This document shows positions 34,838-44,084 of a DNA stretch of 64,000 nucleotides, one piece after another. Numbering within the stretch: position 1 is the stretch's first letter; each line of letters begins with the position of its first letter. The notes under the pieces are model-generated. The model worked only from the letters and a program-made list of their open reading frames with translations, was not told the DNA's origin and did no database searches. A program made the position numbers and the translations under genes. This DNA comes from a virus, in the IMG/VR virus record IMGVR_UViG_3300047160_003799; one strand, written 5' to 3'.

Positions 34838-37800
34838 TTACTCGAAGGCTCCAATCGATGGTGCCGTCGAAGAGCGGACGACGCCGATGATATCTAGCGG
34901 GCAGACCGTGTTAGCGAAGCCCTTGCTCTTGGCTGGACTACCTGCCACGAGCGCGTACTTCGCCTTAGCATCTGCTAGGCCCATAACTCCAGTTGGACTC
35001 TCGTTGACGAGAACCTGAGCACTCGTAACAACGTCGCTTGCAAGCGGGAATGACGGGAGCGCAGGACCAGACTGGCCGTTGAAGCTACCCTTCCAGAGAT
35101 CGTTGGAGACCGTCATGGTTAGGTCGCTATTGCCATCATTCTCAGCATATAGCGGCTTGCCTGTAGCGATGATCAGGTTGTTACGGACATCTAGGCCATA
35201 GTTCCCGATCTGCGTTCCAGAGCCAGATCCGCCCCACGTTGGGCGATAGACGACGAAGCTCGACTGAGTGACGATGGTGTTGTTGTAGATCTGCGCGCCT
35301 TGGATTCCACGGAACTCGATGCAGGAGTCCGTATTGTTGCAGATGAGGTTGTTACGGTAGATCTGGTTGACAGCTTCGACCTTCGGGTTCATGTGGTTTG
35401 GATCGAAGAACGATGCGCCAGTGTCACCGCCGCACATGATAGCTGCAGCCTTGATGATGCCGCTGATGAGGCAATCCTCTACGAGCAAGTTCTCTGAACC
35501 ACCCTTGAAGAAGATGCCTGGGCAAGTGAGGGAACCGTTGACTCCATCGTGGAGCCAGCAACGGCGCACGACGGCATGACGAACGGCGACAGCATCTACG
35601 ATGGCGTTCGATAGTGAACCCGAGAAGTCGCAATCCTCAAGATAGAGGCCATCCACAGGATTGAACGAAGAACCGCTATAGACACCAGCGATCTTGATCG
35701 AGGCGCCTACACCAGATGCCATCGCCTTGCTTGTGACATTGCGCAGAATGAGGTTCGATGCAGGGCCAACAACGTGGATGTTATTGCCCTTACCGTTGAT
35801 GACCGTGAGGTTCTGCACAAGCACGTTGGAAGCCTGGACAGCCATCTCGCCAGTGTTCTTGAGGTCGATGATAACGGTGGCTCCTGCTGCACCACGGACG
35901 ATAGACCAAGCCGCCGCCGTCCCTGACTTCGTGATGCCAGGGTAGTTCGACCCGTCGTAGGTTCCAGCAGCCAGTTCAACAATCGTTCCTGGGGCGACCT
36001 TGTTGAAGGCGTTCTGGACGTTACCTATCGACGGATCGACGGCGACAACATTGGTTGCCCCCACGACGGTCGGAGCCGTGAACCATGCTGGTTCGCCTGG
36101 GCTCGGAGTCGGGGTAGGCGTTGGTGTCGGTGTAGGAGTAGGTGTCGGCGTTGGAGTCGGTGTCGGAGTAGGCGTTGGTGTTGGAGGAGATGGAGTAGGT
36201 GTTGGAGGCGTCGGTGTTGGCGTAGGGGGTGTCGGAGTCGGTGTTGGTGGTGTTGGAGTTGGCGTAGGTGGTGACGGCGGGCCACCACCTGGAGGTGCAT
36301 CGCCCTTCTGCGTTAGGAAGTAGGCGTTGTACCACATCTGCCAAGCGAAGTAACGAGGCTTGCCAGCGAACTCCGACGCCTGGATCTTGTTGTACTGCCC
36401 GTATGCGCGGAGGCACGACTGTTGAGCAAGAGTCTTCTTCGTAGCTGGGTCTGGGCAGTATGCAGCGTGCTGCGAGACATAGAGCGGCGTCGAGCTACCA
36501 GCCTGATTGACCCACATCGTCAGATCTGGCGTATTCGACACAGAGTCATAGCAGACAACAAGGTTGCTGTTCTGACCACCAGTCGGATCCGTCCACGGGA
36601 ACCCGATAACCTGCAGATACGCTTGCTGCTGGTTGTAAGACATCTGAGCGAGGGACACATCGCCAGTAACCTGAGCAGCTACACGGAGAGCGTGCATGAG
36701 CATCGTATCTTGGAACGACGCGATGCCAGGGAAGCCGACGAAGTTATAGGTCGTTGGCCCCGTAATGAGCAGCGCTCCAGAAGCGTTCTTGAAGTTCGCG
36801 TTCTTCGGGAAGAGAACTCGAAGATCCGAACCTGCTGGCTGGTTATCGAATGTTCCACTTCCGTTGACATAGAACTTCGGCATCGAGATGAAGCCGTTGT
36901 AGACTGGCGCAGCCTTGATGCCAGCAATGACGGCCTGGATCTGAGGCATTACGTTACGGATGCCGATCTTCTGCTGGTAGTAGGCGAGGCACTGGAGCGG
37001 ACGTGCTGCTCCACGAGTCTCAACGTACTTCGTCGGAAGCTGAGCAGACGACGTGATGAAGTCAAGCAGACGGTTGATCGCGTCGAGCGTCGGCTGGTCC
37101 TGGTTATCAACGTACCAGTCAACGAGACCCATCATGTAGAAGTGAGTCTGGTTGGCGAAAGCCTTGCCTGACGCTGGCACAGAGTAGACGTTGACCATCC
37201 AGTCATGCTCGTACTGAGCTTGCTTGAGGAAGCCGAGATTACCTGTGCGCTTGTAGAGGCGATAGTAATCGCGGAGGTCATCCGACTCTGTATCCCACTC
37301 TACGTTAGTAGATGTGCTCTTGTTCTGCTTCGGCACGAACGAGGCGTAGCTCGCTTGGAGATCTGCAACAGTTGTGTTGAAGCCAAGAGAGTTGTACCAA
37401 GCAACCTCTTCATCCTCAGTCATCCAGTCCGTCGAGGCAGGATAGCCCCAGATGCCACCGCTTGGCGGCGACGGTGTTGGAGTCGGGGGAGACGGAGTTG
37501 GTGTAGGCGGCGAGGGTGTTGGCGTCGGAGGAGAAGGCGTGGGTGTAGGCGGGGAAGGTGTCGGTGTCGGGGGCGACGGAGTAGGAGTCGGAGGAGACGG
37601 TGTTGGTGTAGGAGGCGAAGGTGTTGGTGATGGCGGCGACGTAACTGTGAAGTCGCCTGCAGGTAGGTCAGCCATACCTGCTGCATTTACCGTGACTGGA
37701 CCTGTGACCGCATTTGCGGGAACTGGCAGAAGAAGTGTGCTTGTAGTGCCTACGTCGGTCCTCTGCAAGTTCTGAGTTGAGGTCGAACCAGAGAACGTGA

Positions 37801-38242
37801 CACCAACAGGAGTCGGAAGATTCTCGCCAACGATTGTTACTGGCGTTCCAACAGGCCCCGATGTAGGTGACATCGAGTCGATGATTGGAGTTGGCGTCGG
37901 TGTAGGTGTGGGCGGGCTAGGTGTTGGAGTCGGTGGCGATGGTGTTGGCGTAGGAGGAGACGGGGTAGGTGTCGGAGGTGAAGGAGTAGGAGTAGGCGGG
38001 GAAGGTGTAGGAGAAGGCGGGATTGGCGCATTCTGCTGAATGAGCCAGTTGTAGTAACCAACCGCCGAATAAAGATCCGCCTGGACTTGATTGAGAAGTC
38101 CAGCGAGCTTGTTAACCTGGAATGGGTTCAATGTGATGGGATACGTCACATCGTCCTGAGCATGGAATTGCTCTATCAGGGACGAGAAGTCGAAAGTAGG
38201 TCCTGTGTCTGTCATGGCAATTCCTTTGTGGGCTAGGTGCAA
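34838..38242 (-). CDS. large multi-domain protein with three Pro-Thr linkers, TIG/Ig-like module and C-terminal right-handed beta-helix (pectate-lyase fold): tailspike/depolymerase-like
   Basis: ORF track. (PTPSPPT)n linkers at three sites. VTIVGENL...VTFSGS Ig-like segment. C-terminal repeats NNTIV / RNNLI / NIHVVG / EDCDFSG typical of parallel beta-helix. Confidence 0.7.
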   Translation of the reverse strand: MHLAHKGIAMTDTGPTFDFSSLIEQFHAQDDVTYPITLNPFQVNKLAGLLNQVQADLYSAVGYYNWLIQQNAPIPPSPTPSPPTPTPSPPTPTPSPPTPTPSPPTPTPSPPTPTPTPTPIIDSMSPTSGPVGTPVTIVGENLPTPVGVTFSGSTSTQNLQRTDVGTTSTLLLPVPANAVTGPVTVNAAGMADLPAGDFTVTSPPSPTPSPPTPTPSPPTPTPSPPTPTPSPPTPTPSPPTPTPSPPTPTPSPPTPTPSPPSGGIWGYPASTDWMTEDEEVAWYNSLGFNTTVADLQASYASFVPKQNKSTSTNVEWDTESDDLRDYYRLYKRTGNLGFLKQAQYEHDWMVNVYSVPASGKAFANQTHFYMMGLVDWYVDNQDQPTLDAINRLLDFITSSAQLPTKYVETRGAARPLQCLAYYQQKIGIRNVMPQIQAVIAGIKAAPVYNGFISMPKFYVNGSGTFDNQPAGSDLRVLFPKNANFKNASGALLITGPTTYNFVGFPGIASFQDTMLMHALRVAAQVTGDVSLAQMSYNQQQAYLQVIGFPWTDPTGGQNSNLVVCYDSVSNTPDLTMWVNQAGSSTPLYVSQHAAYCPDPATKKTLAQQSCLRAYGQYNKIQASEFAGKPRYFAWQMWYNAYFLTQKGDAPPGGGPPSPPTPTPTPPTPTPTPPTPTPTPPTPTPSPPTPTPTPTPTPTPTPTPTPTPTPTPTPSPGEPAWFTAPTVVGATNVVAVDPSIGNVQNAFNKVAPGTIVELAAGTYDGSNYPGITKSGTAAAWSIVRGAAGATVIIDLKNTGEMAVQASNVLVQNLTVINGKGNNIHVVGPASNLILRNVTSKAMASGVGASIKIAGVYSGSSFNPVDGLYLEDCDFSGSLSNAIVDAVAVRHAVVRRCWLHDGVNGSLTCPGIFFKGGSENLLVEDCLISGIIKAAAIMCGGDTGASFFDPNHMNPKVEAVNQIYRNNLICNNTDSCIEFRGIQGAQIYNNTIVTQSSFVVYRPTWGGSGSGTQIGNYGLDVRNNLIIATGKPLYAENDGNSDLTMTVSNDLWKGSFNGQSGPALPSFPLASDVVTSAQVLVNESPTGVMGLADAKAKYALVAGSPAKSKGFANTVCPLDIIGVVRSSTAPSIGAFE
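36098..36288. repeat. PT-linker coding microsatellite 3 (GGTGTNGGNGTNGG... repeats)
   Basis: Read directly; encodes PPTPTPTPTPTPTPTPTP on minus strand. Confidence 0.7.
37462..37642. repeat. PT-linker coding microsatellite 2
   Basis: Read directly; encodes SPPTPTPSPPTPTPSPPT... x8. Confidence 0.7.
37889..38030. repeat. PT-linker coding microsatellite 1
   Basis: Read directly. Confidence 0.7.
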
Positions 38243-38308
38243 ACGACTGTGCGTGGAACAGCACTCATCCAGATTAGACGTGTATGGACACGTCGGCCTG
38301 ATGAATGC

Positions 38309-38731
38309 TCACTCTTCGGAGACCACATATTCGATTGTAACCACATTCGCTGAGTCAGGGTGAACTACCCTGGTGCGACGATCAGGAAAACTTTGGGTGG
38401 CGAGTTTCTCAACCCAGGGGCGTTTTAGTGTACTGTCTATCCTGACCGTATTGACAGAAAGGTCACATGCTGCAGCGACGATCTCCTTCGCCAGCGTGCG
38501 CTTCTGATATTGCGGGTAGACCTCAAAGGTCTTGATAGCTATGACGCTAGTGTACGGATCATAGCAGTACTGGATCTTACCTTCGCGTCCTTCTATCCAT
38601 CCAGCCTCACGAGATCCATTGAATGTGCTGATGGTCTGTGCGAAACGCTGCAGCAATGTAAAATTGGGCACCCCACCCTCCTTTTGTTTAGGTGATAGAA
38701 CGAGGATCACGTCCAGCGATGATCTGTGCAA
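38309..38731 (-). CDS. hypothetical protein (140 aa), possibly GNAT-like
   Basis: ORF track; weak Q/R-x-x-G-x-A-like segment; low confidence on function. Confidence 0.4.
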   Translation of the reverse strand: MHRSSLDVILVLSPKQKEGGVPNFTLLQRFAQTISTFNGSREAGWIEGREGKIQYCYDPYTSVIAIKTFEVYPQYQKRTLAKEIVAAACDLSVNTVRIDSTLKRPWVEKLATQSFPDRRTRVVHPDSANVVTIEYVVSEE

Positions 38732-39377
38732 TCAGGTTCTCGAAGTGGAAACTACGTTCTTTCGATGGTGGTATCCGCCCGAGAGCCCGATCTCGTATTC
38801 CACGAAGGATAGCCTGCTTGAACTCGTGCGCTTGATCGTGTGGAGACTTATCTCCCCACTTTGCGCGGATAAGAGCTTGGTTGTTTAGCTGCGAGTGGAA
38901 GCCAGAAGTACCAGCTCCACGCTCTAGACCACCGAAGCTCATATCAGGCTTACGAGTATCCACATTGAAAAGAGTAGCACCTTGCGTCGGCTCATGGTGA
39001 GCGATGAACTCTTGGGCATAATGTGGGCCAGCGATGTGCGCAAGCTCGAACATCTTGTTCAAGAAGTCAGGATGTGGTGTCCCATCGGCTCTTTTGTTGA
39101 CGATAAGGAAGCTCGCCTCCCGAGAAGGACGGATCTGCCCTGTGTCGGGATCCGTTTCCTGCCCGAAGCCTTCGATACGAACGTAACCAAGACCTTCACC
39201 ACGGACAGCACGAAGAAGCTTGTTGGTATTCGCCACGTTCACGAACCGTGGAACGGTGTGCGCCGTGAGACGGTCAGTCTGCCGCCAGGCTGAGATGATG
39301 ACGAACTCATCGTTCTTGAAATGTTTCTCAATGCGGCTGATAGAGACTTCAAGAAGATCCATGCTGCTATTCCTCAT
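38688..39377 (-). CDS. hypothetical protein (229 aa)
   Basis: ORF track. Confidence 0.5.
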   Translation of the reverse strand: MRNSSMDLLEVSISRIEKHFKNDEFVIISAWRQTDRLTAHTVPRFVNVANTNKLLRAVRGEGLGYVRIEGFGQETDPDTGQIRPSREASFLIVNKRADGTPHPDFLNKMFELAHIAGPHYAQEFIAHHEPTQGATLFNVDTRKPDMSFGGLERGAGTSGFHSQLNNQALIRAKWGDKSPHDQAHEFKQAILRGIRDRALGRIPPSKERSFHFENLIAQIIAGRDPRSIT

Positions 39378-39741
39378 CGGGAACTGTGTCGCCTGCGGCA
39401 GTGATGTAGAAGATTGTGTTTCCCTCTTGAACTAGCTTATTGTCGAAGTAGTGAAAGGCGAAGAAGTAATCCTTAGCTCCTAGCTTGTGTAGTTCCGCTA
39501 GGACGCTGCCATCTAGTGTAGTGATGTGTGGGTTTTCAAGCACATTGCGGGAGGTTAGTGGATTTTTGGCACGCCCATAGCCGATGCCGTTCATGAGCTT
39601 GGCGCAGAACCGTTTGGTCTGAGCATTGGTGGCTTTGTGCTCTATCTGTCTCTGAAAGTGCAGTATGGCCTGACGAAGCTTCATCTCTTCAAGGTTCGCT
39701 TCCAGTAGCTCTCTGAGCTTGAGGTTGACGTGTTCTCTCAT
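39367..39741 (-). CDS. leader-A family protein (MREHVNLKLRELLEA...), 124 aa
   Basis: ORF track 39367..39759; motif starts at second Met (39741), which abuts the upstream gene stop. Confidence 0.5.
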   Translation of the reverse strand: MREHVNLKLRELLEANLEEMKLRQAILHFQRQIEHKATNAQTKRFCAKLMNGIGYGRAKNPLTSRNVLENPHITTLDGSVLAELHKLGAKDYFFAFHYFDNKLVQEGNTIFYITAAGDTVPDEE

Positions 39742-40706
39742 GGCTGCTCCGCGAACCACCAGTCAATGTTTCCTGCATTCATCTTGAGATAGACATCTTG
39801 ATCTACCTCGTAGACGGACAATGTAAACAATCGCCCGCCTCTCGTGACCACGACTGAATGCCTTGTTGCAGGATCTACTCCAATACGTACTGAACCAGTG
39901 AAGAGCGGAGCATGTCCCTTTACGGCCTCTGGTTCTATATCCATCTCTATCTCGTGCATACGGAATGGATCTAGAACAACGGCCAGGAAGGTCTCGCCCT
40001 CATGAGGCTCTGGTGGCGTGCCTCTGTCACCACGAGTCGCGGAGTGTGCAAGAGGATTCTCCACAAACTCTTTGACCGCTGCGATGAGAGCGCGAGCTAG
40101 GTGCGTCGTCTCGTCAAGCTCTTCGTGCTTCTGGAACTGCCACTTCTTCTGGAGCTTGTCGTATCCGATTCCAGCGAGCTGCTGAGGACTTGCTTCGTTA
40201 AGCAAATGGAGCTTTGAGTGAGCTTCCTCGATGGCGTGCTTCATGCCCTGCCAACGATGACGAGGAGAGCCAAGATACAGCTCCCACCTTCCAAGGCCAT
40301 TTCCATGACGCAAGGAGTAGGAGTAGTCAGTAGGTTCCACCTCTTCGGATTCAGCGTGCTTAGCTCCATAGAGCGTCAGCTCAACCAAGCCACCAGTAGC
40401 GAAGTTCTCTCCGTTCTCCAGCACGTAAGGCGAGCCCTTGGCTAGTGAGATCTGGACCTGGTTGAACCTTCCACCGAAAGCACCCCTGATAATGAAGCGT
40501 GAGTCATGGTACTGGCCGATGGCTATCGGCTCCTTATCCGACTGATGGATGACATGCCCGCCCATCACGGCAACAGCACTATCAAAGAAATCGTTGGCGT
40601 CCTCGTAATGCGGCTTCTCAGGTACGCCTTGAGGTGGCTCAACTGCTTCTCTGATAGAGATAGAGCCTTTGATGATGCGAGCTACGGTTTCATCCAGTTC
40701 TCGCAT
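39738..40706 (-). CDS. leader-B family protein (MRELDETVARIIKGSISIREAV...), 322 aa
   Basis: ORF track. Confidence 0.5.
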   Translation of the reverse strand: MRELDETVARIIKGSISIREAVEPPQGVPEKPHYEDANDFFDSAVAVMGGHVIHQSDKEPIAIGQYHDSRFIIRGAFGGRFNQVQISLAKGSPYVLENGENFATGGLVELTLYGAKHAESEEVEPTDYSYSLRHGNGLGRWELYLGSPRHRWQGMKHAIEEAHSKLHLLNEASPQQLAGIGYDKLQKKWQFQKHEELDETTHLARALIAAVKEFVENPLAHSATRGDRGTPPEPHEGETFLAVVLDPFRMHEIEMDIEPEAVKGHAPLFTGSVRIGVDPATRHSVVVTRGGRLFTLSVYEVDQDVYLKMNAGNIDWWFAEQP

Positions 40707-41067
40707 AGAGCTTCGTCACCTTCGAGTCGTTGTGCCCATCGTAGCGGGCTTCTCGGATCTCTATCTGGTGCCCACGGGCCGTTCGGAAGAGTTCGATTAC
40801 GCCCTCAGCGTAGACGTTACCATTCGTCCTCACAGGAATAGAGACCCTGTAGAGGGAGATCCTAGCTGGATCTGGTGACTCGAAGAGATTGAAGGAGAAG
40901 CGATCAAGAAGACTAGCCGCTTCTGTAAGACGCGCAATCGGGCCGATGAGCGCAGCACGCAGTTCAAGCTGCATGGCGTGGATCATCTCGTTCTCGAAGG
41001 GTGTTACCTGCACCCCTGCAACTTCAAGTAGCTGGCGAGACAAAGCTCTCAGGTTCTCCTGGCGCAT
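40690..41067 (-). CDS. hypothetical protein (125 aa) with degenerate leader-A-like N-terminus (MRQENLRALSRQLLEVAG)
   Basis: ORF track. Confidence 0.4.
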   Translation of the reverse strand: MRQENLRALSRQLLEVAGVQVTPFENEMIHAMQLELRAALIGPIARLTEAASLLDRFSFNLFESPDPARISLYRVSIPVRTNGNVYAEGVIELFRTARGHQIEIREARYDGHNDSKVTKLYARTG

Positions 41068-41136
41068 GGATGGACCTCACTAGAAACGAAGACGCCCGAA
41101 GCCACAGTATATGTAGCTTCGGGCGCCAGTTAGAAG

Positions 41137-41589
41137 TCACTCTTCTTTTGAGAAGTAGCCGTATACGCAGCGCGTTCCGCCACGAGTCGGATCGTGAGTG
41201 TCGTGCGGCTTGCCGTCGATGACGGCTACGATGTGCTTGCTCACGCTCACGATGAGCCGCCCCTTGGGCAGCTCGCTCTCCTTGAGGTGGACCTTGCAGC
41301 CTGAGCCGATGAACATCGTCGGGGTCCACTTCCAGCCCCATGCATCGAGAAGCCTGTGGATCGTCGCCTTGTAGACGCCAGAGCGGGCACTTGACTTCCC
41401 GCGACGGCGCTTACTGCGGCGCTCCTTCTTGGCGCACTCGTTGATGGCGTCGTAGACCTCTTGGTAAGGCTTCTCGCTGGCGATTGCGATTGCGCGACAC
41501 ACGCAATCGCCAGTCGCGCCGCTGTAGCCAGCCTTCCGACGCCCTCCGTCGTTGTAGACGAAGTTCTTCGTCATGAAGTTCTCTACCAC
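41137..41589 (-). CDS. hypothetical protein (150 aa), conserved Cys/His (possible peptidase-like)
   Basis: ORF track. Confidence 0.5.
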   Translation of the reverse strand: MVENFMTKNFVYNDGGRRKAGYSGATGDCVCRAIAIASEKPYQEVYDAINECAKKERRSKRRRGKSSARSGVYKATIHRLLDAWGWKWTPTMFIGSGCKVHLKESELPKGRLIVSVSKHIVAVIDGKPHDTHDPTRGGTRCVYGYFSKEE

Positions 41590-42050
41590 GGGCGCTCCGC
41601 AGCCTCCAGGGCCAGCTTCTCTCGCTTGGAGATCTTCTTGGCCTTGACGGCTTGCTGCACGTCGCGGTTGATCGTCGCCTTCATCGCAGCCTTGGCGGGC
41701 TTGGCGTGGCCCTTGAGGCTCGCGGCCATGATCCCTTCCATGAGCCCCAACGTCTTGCCCACGGTAGCGATCTCCTCCTTCGTCGGGGGAGCCTTGGCCT
41801 CGTCCTCCTCGACATTGCGGGGCTTCTTGACGGGCTTGATCTCAGGCTCGCCCAGCGTGCCCTCCAGCTCGAAGTTGTCGATGACCCGCTCGTAGTAGTT
41901 CACCTTCTTGCGTGCTGCCAAGAAGCGTGTCATGCTCCTGGCGAGCTTGTCTTCGGCTTTCTCCAGCTTGGACTTCGCCTGCACGAGCTTGGACTCGTAG
42001 TCCTTGAGCGCAAGCTTTCTGCGCTTAGCCATTGCACACCTCATTGTCAA
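41583..42050 (-). CDS. coiled-coil protein (155 aa)
   Basis: ORF track. Confidence 0.5.
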   Translation of the reverse strand: MTMRCAMAKRRKLALKDYESKLVQAKSKLEKAEDKLARSMTRFLAARKKVNYYERVIDNFELEGTLGEPEIKPVKKPRNVEEDEAKAPPTKEEIATVGKTLGLMEGIMAASLKGHAKPAKAAMKATINRDVQQAVKAKKISKREKLALEAAERPW

Positions 42051-42215
42051 AGAACCAGGTTGCTAGGAGACGATCTCCTCACATCACAACCTAGACACAT
42101 TATATCATGTGCTCGATAATACAAGATAGAGACAGAGATTTTCTAAGTGGCTAGTGTACAAAGAGAAAGGACAGTGTAGGAGTTCTACACTGTCCTCAAT
42201 CGTAACTGTCCTGTT

Positions 42216-42638
42216 TTACCGATTCCTACGAAGTGCTTCCTCGATCTCCGCTATGTTGCCTCGCTCGATGTAGAACCATTGATCCTTCATAGGATCTTTC
42301 GAGCCAAGGTAGAAAGCCATGTCCTTGGTCTCATACTCGAAGATACAGAGAATAGCCTCATTGCCATCGGCATCACACGACTTGAATCCTGAGAAGCGCT
42401 GAACCTTCGCGTCTTCATCGTTGGTTCGAGCCTTGTGGTAAGCTCGCTTCAAGGCGTCATCGATGTCGAGCTTCGGAGTAGAAGGACGTGGCTTCTTCGG
42501 AGGTGTAGCATCGTCGTCATCAAGCTTTTGTGGATCTGCCTTTTTCTCTGGTGGCTTGGTCTGATCCTGCGAGCCAGCGAAAAGCCCAGAGGCAAGAACC
42601 AGTGACAGAGCCCAACAGAAGACCAACGACTTCCTCAT
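42216..42638 (-). CDS. secreted protein (signal peptide; 140 aa)
   Basis: ORF track; MRKSLVFCWALSLVLASGLFAGS. Confidence 0.5.
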   Translation of the reverse strand: MRKSLVFCWALSLVLASGLFAGSQDQTKPPEKKADPQKLDDDDATPPKKPRPSTPKLDIDDALKRAYHKARTNDEDAKVQRFSGFKSCDADGNEAILCIFEYETKDMAFYLGSKDPMKDQWFYIERGNIAEIEEALRRNR

Positions 42639-42868
42639 AGTCTTTTCAGCCTCGCACTCAAGTAGTCCATAGCCTTGTAGTCATCGGGGTTGAGCCGTTC
42701 GTTATTGACGTAGCGCTTAACCACGGACTTTCGAGGATACCAAGTCTGCTTGGAGCCGTCAGGAAAAATCAATGTGATGCGCATCCAGTAGATATTGAAC
42801 CGAGCGCAGGTCTTCCGAAACGCCCAATAGAGTTCGTACCGAAGCTTGAACAGCTTGTACCGAAGCAT
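42635..42868 (-). CDS. hypothetical basic protein (77 aa from Met 42868)
   Basis: ORF 42635..42940 trimmed to internal Met that abuts the upstream stop. Confidence 0.4.
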   Translation of the reverse strand: MLRYKLFKLRYELYWAFRKTCARFNIYWMRITLIFPDGSKQTWYPRKSVVKRYVNNERLNPDDYKAMDYLSARLKRL

Positions 42869-43614
42869 CAACGAACCTCCACAGTGTTCGCACGCTTCAC
42901 AGAACGACGAGCGCGGCACCAACGTCCGCACTCCTGGCATTGGAACCTAGCATACTCATAGGTCGTGGCTCTGGCAACACCCCGACGATGAAGTTTCGTA
43001 CTGCCACAGTTAGGACAACGTGGCTCCTTCTCGTCCGTCATCAAGTTGAGGTTCGGGTGCTGGTCTATCCATGGCAAGAGCTTCTCATAAAGACGTTCGA
43101 GCAGGACCACGTCCTGCTCGTTGTACTTACGCATCGTTTTCCATGATTCCTTGTTGCCGTCGATGCAACCGCGCCACAAGTCCCAACCTTCGTGCTTCAC
43201 CTTCTCACCGATCTCAAGATACGGTCCCACGAAGGCGAGCTTTGTAGATAGCATCGAGAACTGCTTGTTGATGACGAGCTTCAAGTCTATCTGCGGAATC
43301 GGAGGTGGTGGCGACATATCAAGCTTCAAAAACTCTTGGTTGAGTCGAGGTATGTCGAAGCTCTTGCCGTTGTAGTGGCACACAGCATCAGCTTCGGATA
43401 GAAGTGAGTGAATACGCTGGATCATTACCTCGAAGCTGCGATCTCCGTTGCGAGATCCGCACCACATGATTTTGTCCGACCCATGCCACTTCGCTGCCCA
43501 ACACAGAACGGATGTTGGCTCAACTATCTGATCGACGGTTATTGTTTGCTCAAAGAGACCCCACGTGTAAACAAGAGCTGGTGTAGTCTCGATGTCAAGG
43601 AGAAGTGTCTTCAA
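42868..43614 (-). CDS. DEDD-type 3'-5' exonuclease (RNase H-like fold) with C-terminal Zn-ribbon
   Basis: LLLDIETTP (Exo I DxE), later YNGKSFDIP (Exo II-like), CPNCGS...CQECG. Confidence 0.6.
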   Translation of the reverse strand: MKTLLLDIETTPALVYTWGLFEQTITVDQIVEPTSVLCWAAKWHGSDKIMWCGSRNGDRSFEVMIQRIHSLLSEADAVCHYNGKSFDIPRLNQEFLKLDMSPPPPIPQIDLKLVINKQFSMLSTKLAFVGPYLEIGEKVKHEGWDLWRGCIDGNKESWKTMRKYNEQDVVLLERLYEKLLPWIDQHPNLNLMTDEKEPRCPNCGSTKLHRRGVARATTYEYARFQCQECGRWCRARRSVKRANTVEVR

Positions 43615-43652
43615 GCTCCTGCCTCCAATTCGGCATTTGCTTCTTCTGTTCC

Positions 43653-44084
43653 CTATACCAGAGCCGAAGGCGGTAGAAGGTCAAAATCTACTAGGTAGCC
43701 TCGAATTGTGGTTCGACCTTCTTTGATAGCTTTCCAAAGCCTATGCCTTCCGTCAATTACGTCTGGCCCCTTGTGGTCGATACCGACGAGTATCGGATAG
43801 TCGAGAAGGGATTCCTGCGCACGAAGAGTGAAGGCAGGCGTGCCATCTCGTTCGTCAGAGAGTTTACCTTTCGTGAAGGTGTGTGCGACAAGGTCGATTG
43901 GCAGCTCTTGCAGAGGATAGTTCTCTTGAGCCCAATCGAACAGCGCAGAGACGTGGTACTTCTTGCCGTCGTCGTGCCTATATGAAGACCGCTGGAAACG
44001 CTCAGTGCCGACAAGCTCGGACACGATGCGTTCGGGATCGTAGCCCCTTAGCGCGCCATTGATAGCTGCTCTGACGGGGTTCAT
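43653..44084 (-). CDS. ParB-like nuclease domain protein
   Basis: ILVGIDHKGPDVIDGRHRLWKAIKEG matches ParB/Srx DGxHR signature; start trimmed to MNPVRAA abutting the upstream gene. Confidence 0.55.
   Translation of the reverse strand: MNPVRAAINGALRGYDPERIVSELVGTERFQRSSYRHDDGKKYHVSALFDWAQENYPLQELPIDLVAHTFTKGKLSDERDGTPAFTLRAQESLLDYPILVGIDHKGPDVIDGRHRLWKAIKEGRTTIRGYLVDFDLLPPSALV

Noticed and set aside
36000-38061. Several plus- and minus-frame ORFs (GVGVGVG..., HLRHLPRLLL..., CWCRRRRC...) inside the 1134-aa gene
   Set aside because: Alternative-frame translations of the PT-linker microsatellites. Low-complexity, no independent start context.
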